Source: Camelus dromedarius (lineage: Eukaryota). Taken from it: a stretch of 64,000 bases of DNA. The DNA is taken from the NCBI RefSeq assembly GCF_036321535.1, contig NC_087437.1:30382001-30446000 (forward strand), read 5' to 3'. The notes beneath the pieces were generated by a model. That model ran no database searches. It had not been told where the DNA came from and saw nothing but the letters and a program-made list of their open reading frames with translations. This document shows positions 13,715 through 26,040 of this stretch, in pieces (the stretch's first letter is position 1; the number at the start of each line of letters is the position of its first letter). Both the position numbers and the translations under genes were made by a program.

Positions 13715-14122
13715 GCTATGACAGAGTCTTAGCTGTGGGCAAGTCAGAAGTGGGGTATTTATAGAGCTTTGGTGCTGGGCTCCAGTGGTTTAAGGCATAT
13801 TTTTCAACATGGGGAACAGACTGGGATTCAGCAAAGATTGCGACATAATAGTTCGGGATTATTTGACAGAGCAAGACAAGGGTGTTGAAGGAAGACTTGA
13901 TTTGTAAACAGTTGTTTGATAAGCAAGAATTTGCCCTGGTGAGCAGACTACTATCTCCAATTAATTAATCCTTAGGAATTTTCTGGAGCAAATAGTAAAG
14001 TTATATGTTGGTTTATAGTTTTTCATTCCAAGACAAAGTTTCCCTGAAACAAACAAAATCATGTTGACTTTGATTGTCTATGTATGGTCTTGTTGTCAGA
14101 GATGGTCTCAGTTATCATTCTC
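13715..14122 (-). mobile_element. LTR78/LTR79-like old LTR
   Basis: Reverse complement starts TGAGAATGATAACTGAGACCATCTCTGACAACAAGACCATACA and contains CTATAAATA followed by AAGACTCTGTCA. Confidence 0.6.
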
Positions 14123-14504
14123 AATTTTATTAAAAATGCTAAGTTTTATGTATATGTGCCAACTAGAGTGAAATTTGGCCACCAACTATTTCTAGAATTA
14201 CCAGAGGTTCCCCATCTAACTAAGATAAGAAATACCTTACCTCTACCCAACCCCTGGCTGTGGAAGGGAACAGGAATTTTTACAGCAAGGTAATGGATAG
14301 TAGAAATGATAAATTCTTTGGATGTGACACTGTGGGTTGAGGACAGCAAGGATTAAAGACAGCATCTTGTGAAGCCTGGTAGATCTTAACTGCCAGATTT
14401 AGGCTGTGGGAGAAAATCATGTAACAGACTGCCAAGTTCCCAACATCACCTGGGTGCTCACAGCTACCTGGAATCCTTCAATATTGTTTTTTCAATATTT
14501 AAAA

Positions 14505-14645
14505 TTTTTTTGGTGGGGTGGTAGGAAATTAGGCTTATTATTATCATTTTTTTGTTGTTGTTTAATGGAGGTACTGGGGATTGGACCCAGGACCTTGTGC
14601 ATGTTAAACATAAGCTCTACCACTGAGCTATACCCACCCCTGCCC
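14505..14645 (-). mobile_element. Camelid tRNA-derived SINE (Vic-1-type)
   Basis: Reverse complement GGGTATAGCTCAGTGGTAGAGC...GGTCCTGGGTCCAATCCCCAGTACCTCCATT carries Pol III A and B boxes and an A-rich tail. Flanked by imperfect TSD CAATATTT(T)AAAA at about 14493 and 14646. Confidence 0.85.
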
Positions 14646-14699
14646 CAATATTTTAAAAATAGGTTTATTTGTCATTTTCCACAAAGGGAATTTCAAGCA

Positions 14700-15619
14700 T
14701 TCTCTGTTTTCTCAGACCTCCAAACCCACTGTTTCTTTCACTCTAAGCAGATGACCTTGGTTCCTACTTCCAAGATAAAAAAGGATCAAGCAGATTTGGA
14801 CTCAAGTCTGCTTACTACCATCTAAGTTAACACTTGCATGCATTTGCATCTAATCTTTTCTTCTCTTCTATTGAATTGGAGGAGCTAGCCTGCCTCCCTC
14901 TCTGAAGCTCACTTCTCATCTTCTCAAGTGTATTGCTCTACTAATTATTCCCACTCTGCCATATTTTCTCTTCTTCATTGGATTCTCCTCCTTCCTAATA
15001 CTTTGTCTTCTCGTTTTCTTCTTGCCTATTTGGCTACTTTTAATTTCTTTTTCAGCCACGTACTCCTCCATTTCTTAAATAGCAGTCCTCTTCATGGTTC
15101 TGGCTAGGGATGTTTTTTCATACTCTCAATACTCTTCTTTTATAATTTCTATATGTATGCCTTCAACTATTATCTAAGACTCTCAACTTTAATGTCACCT
15201 GTACAGTTCTCTCTTTAGAGCGCTAATGTCATAAATTCAAATATACATTTTCACTTGGCTATTAGACTCTCATATGAAACTCTACATATGTTGAAAGTGG
15301 AACTAAAGCTCTTTCCCTTAGAATTTGCCCCTCTTCTTATCTTTGAGAATGGTGCTACCATTCAAGTAGTTGCGCTCAGTACCTGCCCTCCTTTTCCCTC
15401 ATCACTACGTTCAATCAATCATAAAGGTCTAAATTTCCAATATGTCCTGTTTCTGTCTACAACTCACCAGTTCTCTGCTTCTTCCCTAGTTTAGGCCTTT
15501 ATTACACTGATTGTTGTAATAGCCTTCTTCATGCATCCTTATCTGTCCCAATCTATTCTACACATAGAAGTTCTGTGTATAACTCTTAATGTCTCCTTGT
15601 TTCTCTTTGGATAAAGTAC
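14700..15619 (+). mobile_element. L2 body (continues at about 15990-16028 and 18110-18440)
   Basis: GATGACCTTGGTTCCTACTTC, ACTCTCAACTTTAATGTC, GAACTAAAGCTCTTTCCC and GGATAAAGT motifs are colinear with the L2 3' region. Confidence 0.7.
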
Positions 15620-15989
15620 GGAAGATAAGGAAATAGCCTAAGTGTCCATCAGTAGATTAATGCATAAAGAAGATGTGGTATATGCACACAGTGGAATATT
15701 ATTTGGCCATGAGAAAGGAGGAAATCCTGCAGTTTCTAAAAACATGGATGGACTTTGAGGGCATTATGCTAAGTGAAATAAGCCAGGCAGAGAAAAACAA
15801 TACTGCATGGTTTCACTTACATTTGTAATCTAAGTAAAAAGTCAAACTCATAGAAACTGTAAAAAAAAAAAAGTGGTTGCCAGGGGCTGGGGGTGGAGAA
15901 AGAGGGAGACATTGGTAAAAAGGTACAAATTTTCAGCTATAAATAAGGTATGAAGTTCCAAAAACAAAAACAAAAACAAAAAACAAAAC
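15620..15989 (+). mobile_element. L1 (L1MA/MB-type) 3' fragment ending in (AAAAC)n, nested in L2
   Basis: CCTAAGTGTCCATCAG...AAGATGTGGTATATGCACACAGTGGAATATTA...ACATGGATGGACTTTGAGGGCATTATGCTAAGTGAAATAAGCCAG. Confidence 0.85.
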
Positions 15990-16029
15990 ACTATTCTTAC
16001 CAAGTTTTACAAAGCACTATTTGATCTTC

Positions 16030-17600
16030 TTTTGGCTATTTGGGGTCTTCTGTGCTTCCATACAAATTTTAGAATTACTTGTTCTTTGAAAAATGCCATT
16101 AACAATTTGAGATTGCACTGAATCTGTAGATTACCTTGGGTAATGTGGGTTGTATGGTCATTTTGACAAAATTAACTCTTCTAATCAAAGAGCATGGCGT
16201 ATCTTTCCATTTGTGTCTTCTTCAATTTCTTTCATCAGTGTCCTATAGTTTTCTAAAGTACAGGTCTTTAATCTTAGATTTTTCCTAGGTATTTTATTCT
16301 TTTTGATGCAATTGAAAATGAAATTGTTTCTTTATTTTCTCTTTCTGATGGTTTGTTTTTTGTGTATAGAAACAGCATGTTTCTGCATATGAGTTTTGTA
16401 TCCCATAATTTTACAGAATTCATTTATTAGTTCTAACAGGTTTTTGGTGGTGTCTTTAGAATACATAGTATCATGTCATCTACAAATAGTGACAGTTTTA
16501 CTTCTTTCTTTCCATTCTGAATTCCTTTTATTTCTTTTCCTTGTCTGATTGCTGTGACTAGAACTTTCAAAACTATGTTGAATAAAAGTGGCAAGAGTGG
16601 GCATCCTTGTCTTGTTCCTGATCTTAGAGGAAATGCTTTCAGGTTTTCACCATTGAGTATGATGTTGGCTGTAGGTTTGTCATATATGGCCTTTTTTATA
16701 TTGGGCTTTGTTCTCTCTATAGGAAAGTTTTTTCATTATAAATGAATGTTAAATATTGTTAAAAGCTTTTTTCATATTTATTGAGATAATCATATGATTT
16801 TTTATTCTTTAATTGGTTAATGTGGTGTATCACATTAATTGATTTGAGGATATTGAAAAATCTGCATTCCTGGGATAAATCCCACTTGATGATCCTTTTA
16901 TCATATTATTGGATTCGGTTTGCTAGTATTTTGTTGAGGATTTGCATCTATGTGTTAGTGATATTGGCCTGAAATTTTCTTTTTTTTGTGATATCTATGT
17001 CTGGTTATGGTATCACGGTGATGCTGGCCTCATAGGATAAGTTTGGGAGGATTCCTTTTTCTGCAATTTTTTGTAATAGTTTCATAAGTATAGGTATTAA
17101 CTCTTTAAATATTTGGTAGAATTCACCTGTGAAGCCATCTGGTCCTGGAGTTTTGTTTGTTGAGCATTGTTTTGTTACTGATTCAATTTCAGTACTGATG
17201 ATTGGTCTGTTCATATTTTCTGTTTCTTCCTGATTCGGTCTTGGGAGATTGCACATTTCTAGGAATTTGTTCATTTCTTCTAGGTTGTCCATTTTATTGG
17301 CATGTAGTTGTTCATAGTAATCTCTTATGATCGTTTGTATTTCTGTTGGTTGTGATTTCTTCTTTTTCATTTCTGATTTTATTTATTTGAAGTCCTCTCT
17401 CATTTTTTCTTGATGAGTCTGGCTAAATGTGTATCAATTTTGTTTTTCTTTTCAAAGAACAATCTTAGTTTTATAGATCTGTTTTTTCAGTCTTTCATTT
17501 ATTTCTGCTCTGATCTTTATGATTTCTTCTACTAACTTTAGGTTTTGTTTGTTCTTTTTCTAGTTCCTTTTGTTGTATAGTTAGGTTGTTTATTTGAGCA
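16030..17600 (-). mobile_element. LINE-1 internal ORF2 fragment
   Basis: Minus-strand ORF 17005-17370 ([20 protein letters not shown]...[16 protein letters not shown]). Confidence 0.95.
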
Positions 17601-17959
17601 TTAATTTAATCTTTTCTTCTGCTATCACTTTTTTTATTTCCAAGTTTTTTTTAATGTTCTATTTATGATAGCCTCTTACTCATGATTCAAGGATATAATA
17701 TTGTCTCTTACCTCCCTAAGAACATTAATTAATGGTAATTTTTCCTTTCAGTGTTTGCATGTTTATGTATAGTTTTGGTTTCCTCAAGTTGTCTATTTTT
17801 GTGTATGTTTTTTAGTCTTTATATTTTTTGTTAAGATTCCTTAGGTATCTGATTATCTGCTCATCTTTTAAGAAAAAGGCAATAAAAAAGCTGATTTGAA
17901 GTACTGAGAGGTGGATGGGGTTTGTTGACTGTGGCTAATGCCCTTTGATCTTTAACCCA

Positions 17960-18095
17960 AGGGTTGAAAACTAGCTGTCCCCAGGCTGAGTCTGAAATAA
18001 ATGCATCTGTGTTTTGTTTTGGCTTTCAATGAGATTTGCATGCCTTTAGCCGGGAATGTAACCTTTAACTACCTGCAAATCCTACCACTCCTTTT
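17960..18095. mobile_element. MER102-like hAT fragment
   Basis: GGGTTGAAAACTAGCTGTCCCCAGGCTGAGTCTG...TGTGTTTTGTTTTGGC resembles the MER102 left end. Confidence 0.45.
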
Positions 18096-18109
18096 TGATT
18101 TAAGCTACT

Positions 18110-18440
18110 TTTAACCTTGAAATGCCTTTCTAATACTTCTTTCTAATCAAATTCTTGCTCATCCTTTAACACAAGCTCAGATGTCTCTTCCTCTGTGATA
18201 CCTTCTCTGATACCCTCAGGCTGATTGAAGTTTTTACCTGTTCCGGGTTCCATCAAGTTTCATTCCTCCATTAGAGCCCTTGCCATGGTCCTCCTTCGTG
18301 TGATAGGTATTTGATGTGGATGTTGGATACCTCGTGCAACTGTACCTCCTATGGAGACAGGGACTCTATTTCAGGCATGTTAGTATCTCACATAGAAGCT
18401 TTGGTAAAAGCTCAAGAAAAAGTTACTTGAAAATCTTTAT
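18110..18440 (+). mobile_element. L2 3' end
   Basis: CTCATCCTTTAACACAAGCTCAGATGTCTCTTCCTCTGTGA...CTCCTATGGAGACAGGGACT...AAGCTCAAGAAAAGTTACTTGAA. Confidence 0.65.
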
Positions 18441-19339
18441 GCTCAATGGGGTAGGGATGGAAAGGGGGAGAGAAGAACAGGGGGCATAATTTGATGTTCC
18501 TCCTGGAAGATCAAAGTTGATACTCATCCTTGGTATTGGATTATTAAAATCACGGACTCTAATTCCCCCAACCCCACCCTCAAAACGTGCCACACCAGGC
18601 CATTATGTGGCTTTCAGATACTTTTAGATGATTTCACAGAGCGTAATCGGTTTCACATGATAGAACATTTCTCAAGCTGTAACCACAGAAAGAAGGAAAA
18701 ACACACACCACAACATGTCAAAATGAAAGAGGCAATATTTCTGCATCTGGAGAGGTAATTTATCCTCATTTGTGATCAGGTGCCCTTTCAGAATTCAAGT
18801 CAGATAAAGCATAAATCTTGGCACATCTGCAAAGGTGCCTGTGTACAATAAATCATAATTTGTGGCAAATATTTTGAAAGCCAGTTTTCAGGTATCTGAG
18901 GCCTTAGCATTTCTACTGCTTTTATTTCACCACGGCCTCAGTTGTAAAGTATCCTTAACGTTCCTGAGCACAAGGATCTGTGTCATGCTTCGATCATATA
19001 CATTTCCACTTAAAGCTAGAGGCACGCAATCTGCCCTCATCCTAATAGCATCCCATCCGCAACCCAACTTGCCTTTTTCTTTTTTACTCAGCCACTCATG
19101 CTGGCCCAATTAGACAGCATTAGCTAACGCTTTGTTCCTATTCATCTCTACCTCCCAGGACAGTTTGAACATTGTGGTTTTTAAATTATTGAGAGAGCCC
19201 TAGGAGTTGCCAAATATAGATGCATTCATGTGAACAGCAAACAAAATAAGTTTGGAGCCACACAAATTTATGACTCTGCAAAGACCTGGAAGAACCAGAT
19301 GGGTTTTTAAAATTGTATCTCCAAGTATTCTTAAACTGG

Positions 19340-19565
19340 ACATGGTGGTTAAGGGCAGAATGCGGTGCAGACAGCCTGAGTTCCCATCAAGCCACTGCTT
19401 TGTACAGACTGGGTGGCCTCAGGAACCTTTAGCCTCTCTGCAAGCCCCAGTCTCCATCTGTGAAACGGGCCAAATAATTGCACCTATTTCAGAATCTATT
19501 TGTGGAGATCAAATGAAATAATGTGCTTGGCACACACTCTGTAAATATCTGTTGCTGTATTTATT
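19340..19565 (+). mobile_element. MIR
   Basis: GTGGTTAAGGGCA...CCAGTCTCCATCTGTGAAACGGG...AATTGCACCTATTTCAG...AAATGAAATAATG. Confidence 0.8.
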
Positions 19566-20289
19566 AACAGGATCATCTCGGCTAAAACACAGCGTCATGC
19601 AGGCAAACTATAGGAACCATTGCCCATAGTTTTAGAAACCAGTTAGACACCTATACCTGCTGAGTCCAAAGCTGGAGTCAATTGGTTGAACGAATCCAGA
19701 AATATTCAGAATTCAATATTTAAACAAATTTTAATACAACATTTGAGGACTAGAATGATAAAGGAAATGGATGGCTTCTTTATTAATATTTATTATAAAG
19801 AAACTCCAGAAAGAAAGCAATAAACTGCCAGGTCAAAACTGGTTTTTAAAGACTCTTTCGCTCTTATTAGAAACCTGAATTTGATGAGCCCTAACCTTCA
19901 ATTCCTTCCTCCTTCCCAGCTGTGTACATTGTGGCCCATGTGCAGAAACCAGCCCACTCACAGGAAGGAGGGCCCGGCTGGTAATGACAAAGGCCATTGG
20001 CAAGACACACTGAACAAAAGAATAAAACTTTGCCTAAGAGAGAATTAGCTTAACCATTCTTATTTGCCTTTCTGGATCAAAAAACAAAATATAAGCAATA
20101 TTTTTAAAGGCAGGAGGACATTATAAAATGTACTTTGCTTTCTGTTTGTTCATTGTGTTTGTGCTAAGTTGACGGTAAGTTGAGATATACAATTTACAAT
20201 AGTTAATGTTGTTTTCCCTAGTATTTGGATAAATTGGTTGATTTAAAATTAATCTAAATTAGTCTTTCCCTGACTGTCAACCACAAAAC

Positions 20290-20545
20290 ATTGTTCCTAA
20301 AATGTTAATAAACATGCCAGGAGAAAAGTGTCCCAGCATGAATGAGTTTGAAATAGAGGCGTTCATTATACATATTTATCAGCATGTCAAAAGCACATTA
20401 GCATATAAAGGACTAGGATGTCCTGTGGTGAAGAGCTCTATTTTGTTCTGTAATCCACATTTTCTCCAAATTATTTGAGCCTAGAACCCAGTTTTCCCAG
20501 CTTCTCTCTTAGCATCCTACAGAACACAGTTTGCAAAATTCCAGT
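20290..20545. mobile_element. MER112/MER113-like hAT-Charlie fragment
   Basis: GTCCTGTGGTGAAGAG...CCAAATTATTTGAGCCTAGAACCC...CAGAACACAGTTTGCAAAA. Confidence 0.55.
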
Positions 20546-20689
20546 CTGGGGACACAAGGAGTACATTTGGGCAGGGCTTATCTTGCAATTAATTGAAAGG
20601 CTATCAAATTAAAAATTGTCAGGGTTCTATATATCAATAATAAGAACAGGTACCATTTATTGAGCTTTTAGTAAATCTTCGGGAAAATG

Positions 20690-21147
20690 CTTCTTCCCCC
20701 ATGCCTTTTTTTCCTTGAGGAGGCTCTCCCCTCAACACCCATGGCTTCTTGTCACTATGGACTCTTCTCCTTGGAGGTGGTGCACTCTCATTGGCAGGTA
20801 GCCATTGGTCAACAATTTCTCAGTTAGATGGAGCTAATATGTCCACAGTGGGAATGAACGAAGACTCTAAGCCTTTTCTATTTCCTCTGCGTCTGGACCA
20901 GGGGCAGTTAGTACCCTGCTCCTATGAAACAAAACTTCCCTTGGATAGGTTGTTCCAAGGCCAAGAGTGGGAGTTAGTGAGCCATTTTGTTGGTGAAACC
21001 ATGTTGTGTCTTGCAACTTAGCCCTCACCCTTGATAATGCTGATATCTTAATTCTTCATGGGTTACTTTTATTATATTTTAACTGGTCAGAACTTGGGCA
21101 GTGAAGAGGTGTGTTCTTTTTGAGTCTCCTTCATAACATCAACAGCA
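20690..21147 (-). mobile_element. LTR41-like ERVL LTR inserted into a MIR
   Basis: Reverse complement starts TGCTGTTGATGTTATG and includes GCAAGACACAACATGGTTTCACC and TGGCCTTGGAACAACCTATCCAAGGGAA. MIR halves lie at about 20636-20675 and 21150-21275. Confidence 0.7.
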
Positions 21148-21559
21148 TGTATCATTAATTCTCTGTTATTTTACATGCATTATCTCATTATCTCATTTAG
21201 TCTTTACAACAACCTTTTACTATGGATACTAATACAGCCCCATTTTACACCTAAGGAAATTGAAACATAGAAGTAACCAGAGGCAATGCAGTATAAGAGA
21301 CCAGATCTCATCATTTGAATGAATGTAACATCATGCACATTATTTAACTGAACTATTATTATAACTAATGCATCTCATAGGATGGTGTACAATTGGACCC
21401 CTTCGGTATTTATGTCTCAACTCGTCCTCTATTATGCAACATGCATATTGCTCTATAAGACCAAGATCAGTCATATGCAATGAAAATTAAACAACATAAC
21501 CTTGGTCAATGAGTGAGATACTCAGGAAAGTCTGAAAGTCCAAAAGGCCTAAATCTGAA

Positions 21560-21818
21560 ATTTAAACTGGCTGCCAATCCACAGACTTGTTTTGTTTGGC
21601 TCGCAAAGCGTTAAATGTTTGAATTAGTTATTATCATAAAAATATAAATTTATAACTTCTCCAAAACACATAAGCATCTAGGCAGCAATGAGGCTGAATT
21701 GAAGCGCTTCTGTCTCCTTTTGGAGCACGTGCCACTCAGTTCACCTCAGTCCCCGCTGTGTTACTTCATTTAAGTACTTTGCATGTGCTCCTGTAAACAT
21801 TTCAGTTTGCCTCCCTAG
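21560..21818. mobile_element. MER102-like hAT-Charlie MITE
   Basis: CCACAGACTTGTTTTGTTTGGC...TTTGAATTAGTT...CAGTCCCC...CCTGTAAACATTTCAGTTTGCCTCCCT. Confidence 0.75.
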
Positions 21819-23714
21819 TGCGAGATAGGATGCCTCCCACCCTCTCCCCTTTCGCCCCTGTGGCACGTCATGGCCATTGCAAGAATCCCAAGGTTGGATG
21901 TCAACATCTGTGATCAGGACACTAAGTGAACATTAGGCGCCTTGATGTGAAACAGCCAAGCTCTTCAGAAGGGATGCTGTTCAGTGCAGGTGCTCATTTC
22001 AATCCCTCAAAAAAAAAAAAAAAAAATCCAGTTGCAGCCTGGAGAGACATCAGGGAGTGAAAAGAACCGCTAGGCTGAGGGGTCTGGGTCCGCCACACAC
22101 ACTCAGCCCAGTCTGCATCTACGTTAGGTACAGGACATCTGTGTAAATGTTATTAAAACATGGGCTTCTTTGGCTTAAAAATGTGGTAAAACCACTGCCC
22201 CCAAGTCCTCTATAGTCTCATCCCCAACACTGACCTTTCTTTCTACATTAGTGTTTTTTATGTAGCAGTTGATCAATAAAAATTTTAAGTGAGTAAATGC
22301 ACAGACTATGTGAATTCTAGAGCGGATAACTGTCCTTCCCTTAAGAAATGTGTATTTGAATGAGTGAAGAATGCCCCACCAAGACATTTTTTCACCCTTT
22401 GTTTAGCCTCTGTTCCTGAATCTCACCCCGCCTCCATCACCAGGATGAGGAAGGCTATTTCCCATTAAGGTTAGGTGTTACCTTTTCCAGAGGAATCTAC
22501 ATTGAAAGGATTCTCTAATGATGACACAAAAAATCTATCCCCTCTTGTAGGGGCTTACACTAATTATTTGACTGGGCTGAAAGATCATAGGCACATCTTT
22601 AACTGTCAAGTGGGCCGAACTGCCTTCCAAGATGCCAATGGTGTGAAACAATCCAAGCCAGACAGACTTGTCATCAGGAGATTTCTTAAAGAACGTGCCA
22701 CTCTGACCATTAGAATATTCAGTGAAGAGACTTTCTCAGAAGGTTACTGAAGTGCTTACAGGTAGCTATTTTGAAAGTTTAAAATATCGTAATAATCACT
22801 AATATGAGCATGAGGTTTGAATAGTATACTTTTAAAGGGCAGTACACTACAGCTGCAGGAAACAGCTGAGCAGTTCCCAAAGGGTAGAGGCCCAGGAAAT
22901 TCAAAGAAATCTCTCATTTCATCCCTTTTAATATAGGGGAAATCAGCCTCAAATAAGGCTACTTCTGAACTCAGCCCAGAGTTGCCCTTGGGGGTGGGTG
23001 GGGGGGCGGTGCCCGTCACCCGGCAGCCCACCTTTCACGGTGGAGCAGCCATGACTGCTTGGCTAACCCGGCCAGTCTTTCCATCACTCTTCCCCCTTCC
23101 AGCTCCTGCCACAGAAGCTGGCAAACTAAACACTCACTTTTCCAACTCTCCCCCTGCATTTAGGAATGAATGTGGCAAGAAAAAAGTGTGCTGAGGGATT
23201 TAGGCAGAGTTACTGTTTTTTCTTTGATTACTTATAAAAACAATGGCGGGGATGCATTTCCTCGTCTTTGTCATCCTGGAACATCCTGGAACATGCATTT
23301 TTCTGCCTGGGGCTTTGGAAGCAATTTTGTGACATTATTGAGTCTCTGAAGCAATGTCAGAGGCCTGCTTCCTCCTGGTTGTGGGCCTATGAAAAGGCTT
23401 TTTGTTACTTGCAGCCAAAATACACACTTGAGGACTAGTAACACCTCTCTCTGTGGTTTTTAGTCTCTTTGTAATAACATTTCAAGGGTTAGATTTCTCT
23501 CTCTGGGGAAAAAAAAATATTGAAACACTGCATGGTTCATGGGGTCCACTCTCACTCTAGAAAAATGTATCTAAAAATATCTTCACTACACAAGTTTCTT
23601 GGTGTAATTTCCTCTTGTTTGGTGTAGTTTCTTTACTTCAGTTTGACCAAAATGTTATTTTTATTTAAAATACTAATTATCCACATGAAATCAGCATACT
23701 CTTGTTTTTTCATA

Positions 23715-24764
23715 GAGGCTTTTTAACTTTATTTTATATTTTAGGTAGGTAATACAGTCCTCTGGTTCATAAAACAAAACAGTATAAAAAGGATTACAGT
23801 GAAAAGTCTCCTGCTCCATTATTAGAATTAATGTTACAAACTATAGTCAGATACTTCTCTTTCAAATAAAACTATTAGCCACAGGGGGATTGCAAAGCAA
23901 ACAAAAGGGTCTCATGCCCACCCATTCCCGAATCCAACTTGCTTCCTTCATCCTCAACCATTTTATTAGTTTCGAATTTATTCCAAAGATTTTTAATTCA
24001 AATATAAGATGATGGGGGTGTGCACTCTTTTTTTTCTCCCTTTCCTACACAAAAGTTAGACAACACATGCTGCTCTGGACTGTGCTTTCTTTGTGGGACC
24101 ACAGATTGGAGGCTCTCCATTTCCGTGAATGGCATCCACATGTTTACAGTGGCAGAGCATTCCATTGTTTGAATGTACATGAGATGTTTAACTATCCTCC
24201 CTTGTTGGATGCTTGGACTGTTGAAACAAACAAATGGTGGGACCGAACTCACACCCACATCATCCTGCACAAGGGAAAAAATTATTTGACTGGGCTGAAA
24301 GATCATAGGCACATCTTTGTCAAGTGGTCTGAACTGCCTTCCAACCTGCCTGTAGGATAAATACCCAGTAGTGGGCATGCCAAGTGAAAGGGTAAATGCA
24401 GTTGTAATTTTGATTTTTAGTGTCAAATTACTCTCCACAGGAGTAGGACTAATTTACATTCCCACTAGCAACATAGAAATGTGCCTGAAGACAAACTTAG
24501 ATTTTTACCAATCCAGCTTGGTGAGAAATGGTATCTTAATAGAGTTTTAAATTGCATTTTTTTTGAGGAATTTTGAACATCTAAGTGTTAGGGACCATTT
24601 ATATTTCTCTTTTTTTTTTTTATATTTCTGCTCCTATGCCTTGCTTGTTTTTTAAATGATGTATACTCTTTCATATAAAAGAGCTTTCTCTATATTAGAG
24701 ATAGTTGTTTTTATTTGTAATATGACCTGAAGAGTTTTTTCCTAGTTTGTTTTCGAATATTTGG

Positions 24765-24798
<34 letters not shown>

Positions 24799-25030
24799 AT
24801 TAAGAATTTTTGGTTTTCACTTAATTAATCTTTCAGGGAGTCTGAAATTTGAATCATAGACCTTCCCTATTCAAATCTTATAAAGTTTTAATCATGTTCT
24901 TTAAGTAATTGCATGGTTTTCTTTTTTTACATTTAAACATTTGGTTCATTTGAAATTTATACCAGTTTACAGTGTGAGTAGAGATCCAGCTTTTTTCCCC
25001 GTTATTTACCCAATTGTATCAATAGTAGTG
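23715..25030 (-). mobile_element. Old L1ME/L1MC-type 3' region
   Basis: AACAGTATAAAAAGGATTACAGTGAAAAGTCTCC, CATTCCATTGT, GTAGGATAAATACCCAGTAGTGG, AATTTACATTCCCACTAGCAA and GGTGAGAAATGGTATCTTAAT. Confidence 0.8.
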
Positions 25031-25379
25031 ACTAAAAGTTCATATTTTTAATGTCCTTAAATATGAATTTTTAAAGTCTGGCTAAATGCAGTAAAGTTTT
25101 GCTATTTTCTAAGCTAAAATTCATCAAGAAAAGAGTCTAGGAAAGTACCTACTGGCTTGTTGTACACAATCCACTTGAAGATGGCAGTGAAAAATTTAAA
25201 CTTGCTCTTGAGAATCTGTCTTTAAATAAATAGTAAAATTATGAAAATGGATGTAGATCATTTTGTAGGGAAAATGTTAAGTTATGTTAGGAGTATTGCT
25301 GTGGCTTTTTATAATTTTACTCTTAGGGATTTAAAGCAAAGGTTACACATTTTCATTATAAGTGAGTGACCAACCTAAA

Positions 25380-25530
25380 ATGGATTTGATACAATCTGAT
25401 TCAGTGCCATTTCCAGGCCCCACCCCTAATCTACCAAATCAAAATATCCAGAGCCAGGATCGGGGAATCTGTTTTCAGAAGTTCTCAGATGACTGTAATG
25501 CAGACCAGCCTGCAAAAGTCAGTGAACTCC
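25380..25530. mobile_element. MER5-like hAT MITE
   Basis: TTCCAGGCCCCACCCC...AATCAAAAT...GGAATCTGTTTTCAGAAGTTCTCAGATGA. Confidence 0.6.
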
Positions 25531-25854
25531 TATCTAGGAAACTCTGCTTTCCAGACTGAAAAAGAAAGGGCAGATGCTAAATTTAGGACGTCAGAGCCGG
25601 AAAGAATGTGAGGGCATGATTGGTCCCCACCCACTGTCTTTATTCTAATTAAAGGATACAAGAGTGCCTCGGGTCCCTTCAGAAGTCTCAGCAATCCACA
25701 GGTGCCTTCAGAAGCTCAGTTTCAGGGTCATCACACCAACAATCAAGAATTCTTGTCTTTCCACAAATGATCTGTCTGGCTTTAGTTTGAATCACTTTCT
25801 TTTTGGTACGTCCTACCCCAGGAAGAGAGAAAGGAATAAATAGTCCTTGAGCTT

Positions 25855-26040
25855 TGAGGGTACGCCAAGCACTTCACATGCCTTAACCTTTTCCCTTGCT
25901 CTCCCACAAACCTTGTGAAGCGGATACCGTGGTCTCATTTATAATTAAGAAAACTGAGGCTTGTAGAGATTACACAACACTAGTCCCAGGGCCCTCAGTA
26001 AGTGCTAGATAAGTGTTCAGGACCTGTTTGGTCAAATCTT
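25855..26040 (-). mobile_element. MIR
   Basis: AAGCACTTCACATG...CCTTGTGAAG...GAAAACTGAGGCTT. Confidence 0.7.

Noticed and set aside
14560..14645. tRNA gene
   Set aside because: The A/B boxes belong to a tRNA-derived SINE with tail and TSD; no intact cloverleaf.
14406..14825. 139 aa plus-strand ORF
   Set aside because: Reads through an antisense SINE and L2.
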